The notes below the pieces were generated by a model. That model was given only the letters and a program-made list of their open reading frames with translations. It searched no databases and was not told where the DNA came from. The translations under genes and the position numbers were made by a program. Shown one piece after another: positions 1 through 11,469 of a DNA stretch of 64,000 nucleotides (its first letter is position 1; the number at the start of each line of letters is the position of its first letter). Origin of the DNA: Cetorhinus maximus (taxonomy: Eukaryota); contig NC_135903.1 in assembly GCF_964194155.1 (NCBI RefSeq), positions 34,038,001 to 34,102,000 of the forward strand, read 5' to 3'.

Positions 1-2310
1 ATTTTTCAGTTGTGTCGATTGGTTTTCCATACTCAGCTCTGGGTTCTACTAACTGCTGCCTCTTCCGGTCAGTCCTTTCCTTTTCTCCTCTCCTTTCTCC
101 ACAATCGGATTTTCCCTCACCCGTTGGAACTCTGAACCTATTGTGAACCGAACTGCCCTGATTTATCATCTTTTACGCCTCTGCTTCTCAACGCCACATT
201 CCAGCTCCAAAGGAGAGAGGACTGAGCGTGATGTTCAGGACAGACAAGTGGAAAATGGAGGCATTAATTGGAAATGGACAGATGGAGAAATGGAATGGGT
301 GGGATTAGAAGATGACTGGAGTGTCAGCATCTGTGAATATATGGGGACATCAGACAATGGGGTTGAGAGTGACATCAGTCATTGAGTAGGAAGGAGAATG
401 AGTGGAGGGTGGGGATGAAAATCTCTTATTTCGCATGGTGGTTTACACATTCTGAAAATCTGTATGATAAACACTGTCTGCATTACATGAGAAGAGAAAA
501 AAAAGGAGCTGGAGTTGGCCATTTGTCCCCTCAAGCCTGTTCCACCATTCAATAAGATTCCGACTGATTTGATTGTGGCCTTAAATCCACTTGTCTACCA
601 GCCACTTATAACCTTTGACTCCTTTGTTGATCAAATTCTAACGCAGACTTGAATATATTCAATGACATGACCTCTACTGTTCTCTGGGGTGAAGAATTTC
701 AAAGATTAATGACACTCGGTGCAAAAGAAATCCTCCTCATCTCCATCTCACATGCAGTTGCCGTGCTTTGAATCTGTGACCCCCAACCACCGTTCCTGAT
801 TCCTCCAGAGAGGAAACACCTCAACATCTACCCGGTCAAATCTCCTCACAATCTTAAATGATTCAATGACATCACCTCTAATTCCTCTAAACTCGAAGGA
901 GTATCGGCCCAACCTGGTCAAGATTGCTTCATTAACCAACTGCTCCTTCCAGGAATCAACCTGGTGAACCCTTTCTGAATTGCCTCCAATGCAAGTTAAT
1001 CCCTGTTTATTTAAGGAGTCCAAAGCTGTACATAGTACTCCAGGTCTGGTCTCACAAATGGCCTGTAGAGTTGAAGCAAAACTTCCCTACTTGTATTCTT
1101 CATCCTCTTTGCAATAAAGGACAACATACCATTTACCTTTCCAATTGCTTGCCTTACCAGCTAGCTAAATTTTCATTGCTCACTTACAATGACACCCAGA
1201 TCCCTTTACACTGCAAGGTTCTGCAGTGTTTTTCCATTTAAACAACATTCTGATTTTCTGTTCCGTGTTATACAATTTATAAAGTGAGTATTTAATGAAA
1301 ACTTATCCAATGATATTTAAACAAAGGCTAACTTTTATCCCACATGACAGCAGTCACTATACACCTAAAGTACTTTATAAGCTGTGGAGTGCTTTGAGAT
1401 GCCTGTAGACAGGAGGGGCACTATGTGAACGCAAGTCTGTTTTGAAAAGAAATCAGAGAGAAAGCTGGTTCCACACACAAAACTGACCACATCCCAGGGT
1501 GAATTAATAAGTAGTGCAATTGTTTCCAGGCCTTCCAAAGAGCCCCAAAGATAAACTTGGTCATTTGGGATTGAGGACTGTAACAGACATGTGTTAAAGG
1601 GTTTGCAATGCAGATTTTTTTAATTTACAAAGACAATAACTATTGCATTCCAATATAACCAGAAAATGGGCCTGTCTTCTTTTCAAGTAAGTTTCAGCAT
1701 TTGAAAAGTATGTTACACACAGCAGGTGGATTGATACTGTTGTTAAAATCCTGAAGTTTTGGAATGAACACATTTTCTGTGTACTAATAGAATTGCACCC
1801 TTTAACATGCTTAAATATGTAAATGAATATTTCAAGACAGTTTTACAAATTCCATTTTAAAATCTTGCCCAATTGTGCTGGTTCATGGTAGATGTCAGGT
1901 TTGGTGATTGGCGCATGCGTTTGAGTGGGAAGTCTAGGAAAAGAATCCCAGTTTTGCTGGGGGGATGGTGTGGGTGGGGGGTCAGACAGGGTGAAAAGTG
2001 CAGATGAACCAACCCAATTTCTAACATCATTAATTTCTACAAAACAGAAAACAGACCCCAAAAGTGGTGTCAAGATGTGGACGTCAGGAAGTCTACAACC
2101 CTCCCACCAACTTCAATATTCAATGCCCACCACCGACGCACAATGGGATCAGTGTGTACCATGTACATGGTGAACTGCAGGAACTCACCAAAGCCCCTTC
2201 AACACCGCTTCCCAAACTCATGACTTCTACCACACAGAAGAAAAAGCGTAGCAGACGCAAGGGAGCAGAACCAACCTTTGGTTCCCATTCAAGATACACA
2301 GCATCTTGCC
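1..2310 (+). repeat. Diverged copy of the IFN 3'-flank unit (implies another IFN copy left of the window)
   Basis: Colinear with 17470-19150 and 26970-28870, including the CR1 remnant and the LINE tail. Confidence 0.8.
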
Positions 2311-2311
2311 T

Positions 2312-3650
2312 TAAGAACATAAGAACATAAAAACTAGAAGCAGGAGTAGGCAATTAAGCCCCTCGAGCCTTCCCCGCCATTCAATACAGTCATGGCTGAT
2401 CGTATTTCGGCCTCAATTCCAATTTCCCACCCTCTCCCCAAAACGTTTCAACCAGAAACTAATTAAAGATCTGTCTATCTCCTCCTTAAATCTATTCAGC
2501 GTCCCAGCATCCACTGCATTCTGAGGTAATTAATTCCACAGATTCATGACCTTTGAGAAAAGTAATTCCTCCTTATCTCTGATTTAAAACTACCACCCCT
2601 TAGCCTAAAGCTATGGCCTCTTGTTCTAGAATGCCCCACAAGGAGAAACCGCCACTCCATGTCTATTTTGTCTATCCCCTTTAGCATCTTATATACCTCA
2701 ATTAGATATCCTCTCATCCTTCTAAACTCTAGCGAGTATAGGCCTAAACTGTCCAATCCCTCCTCATAATACAAGCCCCACATCTCTGGAATCAATCTAG
2801 TGAACCTACTCTGAACTGCCTCCAGTGCAACTACATCTTCCTCAAGTAAGGAGACCAAAATTGTGCACAGTACTCCAGGTGCGGGCTCACCAATGCATTT
2901 TACAGTTGCAACAACACTTCCCTATTTTTATACTCTATTCCTTTAGCAATAAATGCCAAAATTCCATTTGCCTTCTGTATTATCTGCTTTACCTGTTTGC
3001 TAGCTTTCAGCGATTCATGCACGAGGACACCCAGATCCCTCTGCACTGAAGCATTCTGAAGTTTCTCTCCATTTAAATACTAAGTCACCTTTTTATTCTT
3101 CTGACCAAGCTGGTTAACTTCACACTTATCCATGTTAAACTCCATCTGCCAAATTTTGGCCCATTCACCTATCTTGTCTATATCCATTTGTAAATTTCTT
3201 ATTTCTTCACAACAACTTATTTTCCCACCTATTTTGGTGTCATCTGCAAAGTTAGCTATGGTACCTTCTATCCCTGAATCAAAGTCAGTATTATAGATTG
3301 TAAATAGTTGGGGCCCAAGGACCGAACCCTCTGGCACCCCACTAGTTACAGCTTGCCATCCAGAAAAAGACCCATGTATACCAATTCTCTGCTTTCTGTT
3401 GTTTAGACAATCCTCTATCCAAGCTCATATATTACCCCTAACTCCGTGTGATCTTAAGACCATAAGACATAGGAGCAGAAATTAGGCCATTCGGCCCATC
3501 AAGTCTGCTCCGCCATTCCATCATGGCTGATAAGTTTCTCAAGCCCATTCTCCCGCGTTCTCCCCGTAACCTTTGATCCCCTTACCAATCAAGAACCTAT
3601 CTTATCTTGTGTATTAACCTTTTGTGCGGCACCTTATCAAAGGTCTTCTT
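2312..3650 (-). mobile_element. CR1-type LINE 3' part (RT C-terminus and tail), with a short nested CR1 tail at about 3456-3600
   Basis: Minus-strand ORFs with GSVLGP..FADDTK and LGLYSLEFRRMRG; AAGAACAT tail repeats at 2313-2330. Confidence 0.88.
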
Positions 3651-4242
3651 TGGAATCTTCTCCCAAAACGACACTTTCTCTCAGACGCCTTCGCTTCACG
3701 TTCAGGGTTTCGAACTCCTTCCGATATTCCTCTCCCCTGGGTCGCCACATGCATTCAAACTGTCTTCTGTGCACTCTCTATCACCGACTCAGCCGTCAAC
3801 AGTGCACACTGCTTCAAATGCCCATAGCAAAGACTTACAGCCCTTCAACCGTCTCTTTCGGCCGTCTTGTCTCTTGCAAGCTGTTTTTGACCCTGAAGTT
3901 AATCCAGGCTTGACTGCAACCATTTTACCTGAACTCCAATTCCAGAGTGGGAAAAGCTCCCTGCTTCACTGGACTCAAAGGTACATGAACTGCTAACTAT
4001 TCTGCTTGTTTTAATATGTGTAGAAGTGCACAAATGTTTTTAATTGTATCTTTCTTGGGCATGTGTTGTGTGATTGATGTTGCAATACATCTTTCTGAGG
4101 TTTATGTGTGTGTACGAATAAATAATGCTTCTTGTTTACATCCATGAAAGTCTGCTGCTGGTGGCTTAAATTGACCGCACACTAATGGGAAAGGGGTATG
4201 GGGGTTTCAGTCTCTCCCACTCTCTCTTCTCAGTCTGTAACA
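3650..4242 (+). mobile_element. Possible solo-LTR fragment
   Basis: Unique non-coding block with AATAAA near 4117, ending in TGTAACA; resemblance to an LTR only. Confidence 0.35.
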
Positions 4243-4483
4243 AGATGAATTTAGGTAATGTTTTGAAAGATGAGAGAGAAGTACAAAATTGTAGGCACTT
4301 AGTGGACAGATTGGGCTAAATGACCTGTTTCTGTGCCATATGCCCCACGTAGGGGAGGTATTACTTGAACTGCTGCCTTCAGGGACCTGTGTACTTGTAC
4401 GTCAAGATCTCTCACTTCATCTACCCCTCTTAGTATATTCCCATTTATTGTGTAATCCCTGTAACTGTTTGACCTCCCTAAAT

Positions 4484-4670
4484 GTGGTATTGTCACTGGA
4501 CTAGTAATCTAGAGACCCAGGGTAATGCTGGGCAGAAGGTGGAATTTGAATTCAATACAAATCCGGAATTAAATGTCTAATGATGACCATGAAACCATTG
4601 TCGACTAATGTTCTTGTGGGAAGGAAATCTGCTTTACCTGGTTAGGCCTACATGTGATTCCAGACCCACA
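4484..4670 (+). mobile_element. Degenerate tRNA-derived SINE fragment
   Basis: Homologous to the SINE at 25400-25770 (GGTGGAATTT..ATTCAAT, GACCATG, GGAAAT). Confidence 0.6.
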
Positions 4671-4681
4671 GGAACCATCAT

Positions 4682-5868
4682 GTGGAAAGGCATGGACTAG
4701 TCAGGGATTGTCAGCATGGAATTGTTAAAGGAAGGTCTTGCCTCACAAATTTGATTGGATTCTTTGAGGAAGTGACAAGAAGGACTGATGAAGGTAGTGC
4801 ACTGGATGTTGCGTACATGGATTTTAGCAAGGCATTTGACAAGGTCCCACATGTCAGGTTGGTGAGGAAAGTAAAAGCCCATGGGATTCAGGGTAATATG
4901 GCAAAATGGAAAAAAGGTTGGCTTTGTAACAGGAAACAAAGGTAATGGTCGATGGATGCCCTTACGAATGGAAAGATGTGTTAAGTGGTGTTCCACATGA
5001 CTCGGTGTTGTTTGTGTTATATATTAACGATTTGGACTTGAATGTGGGGGGCACGATTAGGAAATTTGCAGATGACACAAAGATTGGCTGAGTTGTGGAT
5101 GTGTAGAGGATAGCCATAATCTCCAAAATGATATAGATGGGTTGGTGGAGTTGGCGGTAAAGTGGCAGATGGATTTTAACATAGAGAAGTGTGAGCTCAT
5201 ACATTTAGGGAGGACAAGGTTGTAAAGAAGGCATATGGAATGCTCTCCTTCATTGGCAGAGATATAGAATATAAAAGTAAGGATATGATGTTGTAATTGT
5301 ATAAAACACTGGTGAGGCCACAACTGGAGTATTGTGTGCAGTTTTGGCTACCACATTACAGGAAGGACATAATAGCTCTGGAGAGAATGCAGAGGAGGTT
5401 TACAAGAATGTTGCCAGTGTTAGAAAAGTTTAGCTATGAGGAGAGATTGGATAGGTTAGGGTTATTTTCCTTAGAATAAAGAAGGCTGAGAGGTGACTTG
5501 ATTGAGGTGTACAAAATTATGAGGGGAATAGATAAAATGGACAGGATAAAATTGTTTCTCTTGATGGAGAATTCTAGAAACAGGGGACATAGATTCAAGA
5601 TAAGTGGCAGAAGGTGTAGGGGATCATGAGGAAGATCCTTTTTTCCGCAGAAGGTAGTGGGTGTCTGGAATTCGCTGCCCAAGTTGGTGGTAGAGGCAGA
5701 AACTTTTAACTCTTTTAAAAAGTACCTGAAAGTGCTGTAAGCTGCAAGGCTATGGGCCGAGTGCAGGATGGTGGGATTAGAAAGGGCACCTGGGTGTCCT
5801 CGGGCTGGCATGGACAAGATGGACCGAATGGCCTCCTTCTGTGCTGTAACTTTTCTATGGTTCTATGG
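4682..5868 (+). mobile_element. CR1-type LINE 3' fragment (RT, degenerate)
   Basis: [43 protein letters not shown] motifs; TTCTATGG tail. Confidence 0.9.
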
Positions 5869-6742
5869 TCCTGGAAGTCCAGATGTACTACATCTACAGG
5901 ATCCCCATTATCCACTTTGCTTGTCACATCTTCAAAGAACTCATTACTACTTCCTTAATAATGGATTCCAACAATTTCCCAATGACAGACGTTAAACTAA
6001 TTGGTTTATAGTTTTCTGCTTTCTGCCTCCCTCCCTTTTTGAATAATGGCATTATATTAGCATTTTTCCAATCCATTGGATTCTTTGCAGAATCCAGGGA
6101 ATTTTGGAATATTATTAACAATGCATGCACTATATCCATTGCCACTTTCTTTAAGACCCTGGGATGTAGGCCATCAGGTCCTGGGGGCTTGTCACCCTTT
6201 AATCCCAATAGTTTTCACAGTACTTTTTCTCTTGTGATGGTGATTGTTCTAAGTTCCTCCTTCTCTATACCCTCTGCTCTTCTTGTTACTATTGGGGTGG
6301 TGCTAGTGTTCTCCACTGTGAAAATTGAGGCAAAATGTTGATTAAACATCTCTGCCATTTCTGTGTTCCCCACTATTAACTCCCCAGTCTCATCCTCCAA
6401 TGGACCAACGTACACTTTAGCTACACTCTTTCCTTTTTTATACTTGTAGAAGCTTTTGCTATCAATTTTTACATTTTGCGCTAGATTTCTTTCATAATTT
6501 ACCTTTGCTTGTTTTATTGTTTTTTTAGTAACGCTTTGTTGATCTTTAAAAGTTTCTCAATCTTCCAGCCTGCCACTGACCTTTGCAATTTAGTATGCCT
6601 TAGTTTTTGCCTTTATGTTACCTTTAATTTCCTTGCTTAGCCATGGATGCTTTTTCCCCCTCTTACCATCTTTCTTCCTCTTTAGAATATATTTTACTTG
6701 GGAGGAATTGAATATCCCCTTAAATATCTGCCATTGCTCATC
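5869..6742 (-). mobile_element. CR1 ORF2 internal fragment
   Basis: KPPGPDGLHPRVLK, WKNANIMPLFKKG, NYKPISLTS motifs. Confidence 0.88.
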
Positions 6743-7884
6743 ATGGCAGATTGGTCAGGAAAGTAAAAGCCCATGGGATTCAGGGTAAAACTGGATAAAA
6801 GGTTGGCTTTGTAACAGGAAAGAAACGGTAATGGTCGATAGATGTCCTTGCAAATGGAAAGTTGTCTCAAGTGGTGTTCCACAGGGCTTGTTGTTGGGAC
6901 CCTTGCTGTTTGTGTTATATATTAATGATTTGGATGTGAACATAGGGGTCATGATTGGGAAATTTGCAGATGACACAAAGATTGAGTGGTGGATAGTGTA
7001 GAGGATAGCCATAATCTCCAAAACGATATAGATGGGTTGGTGGAGTGGTTGGTAAAGTGGCAGATGGATTTTAACATAGAGAAGTGTGAGCTCATACATT
7101 TAGAGAGGTCAAACAGTTACAGAGATTACACAATAAAAGGGAATATACTAAGAGGGGTAGATGAAGTGAGAGATGTTGGCGTGCAAGTACACAGGTCCCG
7201 GAAGGCAGCAGTTCAAGTAAACAAGGTTGTAAAGAAGGCATATGGAATGCTCTCCTTCAATGGCAGAGGTATAGAATATACAAGTAAGGATATGATGTTG
7301 GAATTGCATAAAACACTGGTGAGACCACAACTGGAGTATTGTGTGCAGTTCTCATCACCACATTACAGGAAGGACGTAATAGCTCTGGAGAGAGTGCAGA
7401 GGAGGTTTACAAGAATGTTGCCTGTGTTAGAAATGTGTAGCTATAAAGAGAGATTGAATAGGTTAAGGCTATTTTCCCTGAGAACAAAGAAGGCTGAGAG
7501 GTGACTTGATTGAGGTGTACAAAATTATGAGGGGAATAGATAGATGGACAGGATAAAATTGTTTCCCTTGATGGAGAATTCTAGAACCAGGGGACATAGA
7601 TTCAAGATAAGTGGCAGAAGGTGTAGGGGGGACATGAGGAAGAATTTTTTATGCAGAGGGTAGTGGGTGTCTGGAATTCACTGCCCAACTTGGTGGTGGA
7701 GGCAGAAACTTTAAACTCTTTTAAAAAGTACCTGGATCTGCACCTAAAATGCTGTAAGGTGCAAGACTATGGGCCGAGTGCAGGAACGTGGGATTAGAAA
7801 GGGTACCTGGGAGTCCCTGGGCTGGCATGGACAAGTTGGGCCGAATGGCCTCCTTCTGTGCTGTAACTTTTCTATGGTTCTACG
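6743..7884 (+). mobile_element. CR1-type LINE 3' fragment, duplicate of 4860-5868
   Basis: ORF 6986-7504 with CR1 RT C-terminal motifs; same tail. Confidence 0.9.
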
Positions 7885-10140
7885 GATCTGGAAGTCCAGA
7901 AGTACTACAGATACAGGATCCCCATTGTCCACTTTGCTTGTCACATCTTCAAAGAACTCATTACTACTTCCTTACTAATGGATTTCAACAATTTCCCAAT
8001 GACAGACATTAAACTAACTGCTTTATAATTTTCTACTTTCTGCCTCCCCCCCCCCCCACCTTTTTGAATAAGGGCATTATATTAGCATTTTTCCAATCCA
8101 CTGGAATCTTTCCAGAATCCAGGGAATTTTGGAACATTATTACCAATGCACCCACTATCTCCATTTCCACTTCCTTTAACACCCTGTGATGTAGGCCATC
8201 AGGTCCTGGGGGCTTGTCACCCTTTAATCCCAATAGTTTTCTCAGTGCTTTTTCTCGAGAGATGGTGATGGTTCTAAGGTCCTCCATTTCTATACCCTCT
8301 GCACTACTTATTATTGGGGTGGTGCTAGTGTCCTCCACCATGAAAACTGAGGCAAAATATTGATTAAGCGTCTCTGCCATTTCTGCGTTCCCCCCTATTA
8401 ACTCCCCAGTCTCATCCTCCAAGGGACCAACATTCAGTTTAGCTACTCTCTTTCCTTTTATATAATTGTAGAAGCTTTTGCTATCAGTTTTTACATTTTG
8501 CGCTAGTTTTCTTTCATAATTTACCTTTGCACATTTTTTAATCATTTTTTAGTAACGCTTTGTTGATCTTTAAAAGTTTCCCAATCTTCCAGCCTGCCAC
8601 TGACCTTTGCAATTTTGTATGCCTTAGATTTTACCCTTATGTTACTTTTAACTTCCTTGCTTAGCCATGGATGCTTTTTCCCCCTCTTACCATCTTCCTT
8701 CCTCAATAGAATATATTTTCCTTGGGAGGTATTGAATATCCCCTTAAATATCTGCCATTGTTCATCAACTGTCCTACCTTGTATTCTTCCTGCCCCAGTC
8801 CACTAGGCCCAAAACTGCTCTCATGCCTATGTAGTTCCCTTTGTTAAACTCCAGAACACTAGTGTGGGACTCAGGTTTCTTGCTCTCAAACTGAACTTGA
8901 AATTCTAGCATGCTATGATCACTCTTCCCTAGAGGATCCTTTACTCAGAGATCATCAATTAATCCCATCTCATTACACAAAACAAAATCCATAACAGCCT
9001 GCTGCCTGGTTGGTTCCACAACATATTGCTCCAAGGAACAATCTCTAATACACTCTATGAACTCTCCCTTGAGGCTACCCTTGCCAATTTGATTAGTCCA
9101 GTCCATATGCATGTTAAAATCACCCAGGATTATTGCCGTGCCTTTCTTACATGCTCCCACTATTTCCTGGTTTATACTGTGCCCTACTGCTGAACTATTG
9201 TTTGGGGACCTATAGATTACTCCCACCAGGGACTTTTTTCCCTTGCAATTTCTTATTTCTACCCAGACTGACTCTATGTCTTGCTCTCCAGTGCCTATAT
9301 CATTCCTCACTATAGTATTGATCTCTTCATTTACTAACAAATCTACACCACCTCCTTTTTGGTAACAATCAGCCCCATCACTAATCTGCACTCTTACCCT
9401 CTCCTTAAACTTTGATTGTTTATATTTCCATGCAACTGAACCCTCCTCCCAACTATTTAGTTTAAAGCCCTATCTACAGCCCTAGTTCTGCGATTCACCA
9501 AGACACTGGTCCCAGCCTGATTCAAGCGAAGCCGATCTGAATGAAATAGCTCCCTCTTTCCCCAGTATTGGTGCCAATGTCCCATGAATTCGAACCCATT
9601 TTTCCCACACCAATCTTTGAGCCATGCATTTATCTCCATAATCTTATTGGCCCTGTGCCAATTAGCTCGTGGCTCAGGTAGTAATCGGGAGATTGTTATC
9701 TTTTTGGTTCTGCTTTTTAATTTATCCCCCAGCTGCTCGTATTCCCTCAGCAGAACCTCTTTCCTAATTCTACCTATATCATTAGTACCTACGAGGACCA
9801 CCACAACTGGATATTTCCCCTCCCACTCAAGTTCCTCTGCAACCTAGATGAGATATCCTTAACCCTGGTACCAGGTAGGCAACACAGCCTTAGGGACTCT
9901 TGATCCTGGATACAGAGAACAGTATCTATTCCCCTGCCTATACTATCACGGATTACAACTACATTTCTCTTTTCTCCCCCAACTTGAATGGCTCTCTGTA
10001 CCATGGTGCTATGGGAGCTCATCCTCCCGACAGTCCCCGCTCTCGGCCACACAGGGGGCAAGAATCTAGAACCTGTTGGATAAGGGCAAGGGTTGAGGCT
10101 CCTGCAGTGCTACTTCCTGGATCCCTCTACCTGCCTCACC
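7885..10140 (-). mobile_element. CR1 LINE 5' part: ORF1 esterase domain, APE endonuclease and linker (degenerate)
   Basis: VVLVGTNDIGR SGNH-esterase motif (9457-9804); GGGV..VWVE..VIYRSP..ILGDFN endonuclease motifs (8945-9391); PGPDG (8033-8545). Confidence 0.9.
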
Positions 10141-10439
10141 CATACTTGGGCTCAAGTCTTGGGCTCAGAACTATGTCCTCATTCCTTCACTGTTACTGGC
10201 TAAAACTCCTGGAAACACCCCTGTACATTTAGCTACACCACATGGTCGGCAGTGGTTCAAGGAGAGGGTTCTTCACCACCTTCTGAGGGGTAATTAGGGA
10301 GGAGAAACAAATTCTGGCCTTGCCAGTGACGCCCACATCCGATCAGGGAATAAATGAAGCCGAATACTTCAAAAGTACCTGTGAATGAGCCTAATATTTT
10401 TGTATGGTAAAGATGGACACGCTCCTGTAGGTCCGTCCT

Positions 10440-11469
10440 TTTCCAACTGCCCATCACCCCTCTCAGTCTGATCCACCCTCTTTACAAACTCTCCTCCCTT
10501 TCGGAAATGACAAAACACGTCACTTTCCTTCAGACACTTTCGCTTTGGGATGAAATTGACACCAGGTTAATTTCCAGAGAGAAAGTGACACGGACACTTT
10601 CCCGGGAGAGAGACAAGAAAGAAAGGATGAAAGAAAAGAGAGCGGGATCACTTTCGGACTCAGAATCGGAGCAGATCAAATATTCTTTCAATCCGACTCT
10701 GAAAATGGCTCCAGAAAACAACCGAGAAATGAGAAACTTCTCCCAGTTAAAGAGCAGATTGTGGGACAGGTCAATCGGAGCGGAGTCTGTCCCCATGAAG
10801 CGGTGTCCCTGGGCTGTGAGCCGAGCTCTCTGCAATGTCCAACCTGTGAAGTGTGAACAGGACAAGCGCCAGGTGAACACACCGCGGGGACACAGTGGAT
10901 TTCAAAGGGAATCGCTCTTCATGGGGCCCAATGTCAGCACTAAAAGCCGCCGCACCGGATCACCGCTGTCGCTCTCTCTATAATCCGGATGATAAAATCC
11001 AGCCCCCGATACATGTTCACACTGCCCCCAATTCAGAGCCTCCCTCTACACCACCTTCGTGCCCCAGGTGAGCTGAAGCCACACAACACTGAGCTGGAAC
11101 CGAGCGCTGCCTGTGATTTTCAACCGGGGATTTTCCACTCGCTGCTTCCGGAATCTCCAGCTTTTACATTCCTGACCTCAGAAAGGAAACCGGACAAACT
11201 ATTGATCTCCCGCAGCTCTTCCAAAAATCCTCGAGCCCGTTTTCACTTTTCGAATGTAATGCCACACATTAAAGCCGACAGCATGGCAGCGCCAGTGAGA
11301 GCACCGAGCAGACTCCACACTCACACTCACACCGTTCGGCAGCACAGGCGCTCGCTCCCGGATCACAAGCGGCTCCGATTCGACTTTCCCAGTTTAAATC
11401 CGCCGCGGAATCAAGAAGCCGTCGGTTTCTCATCTTTCACATCGGTGTTTCACTCTGGGTCGCTTGATC
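10440..11469 (+). promoter_or_regulatory. IFN promoter type A (CpG-rich): distal GAAAGTG cluster, NF-kB site, IRF element, TATA-like box
   Basis: GGGGATTTTCC at 11126-11136; TTTTCACTTTTC at 11240-11251 (GAAAAGTGAAAA on -); five GAAAGTG motifs within 10521-10655; TTTAAAT near 11393. Confidence 0.75.
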
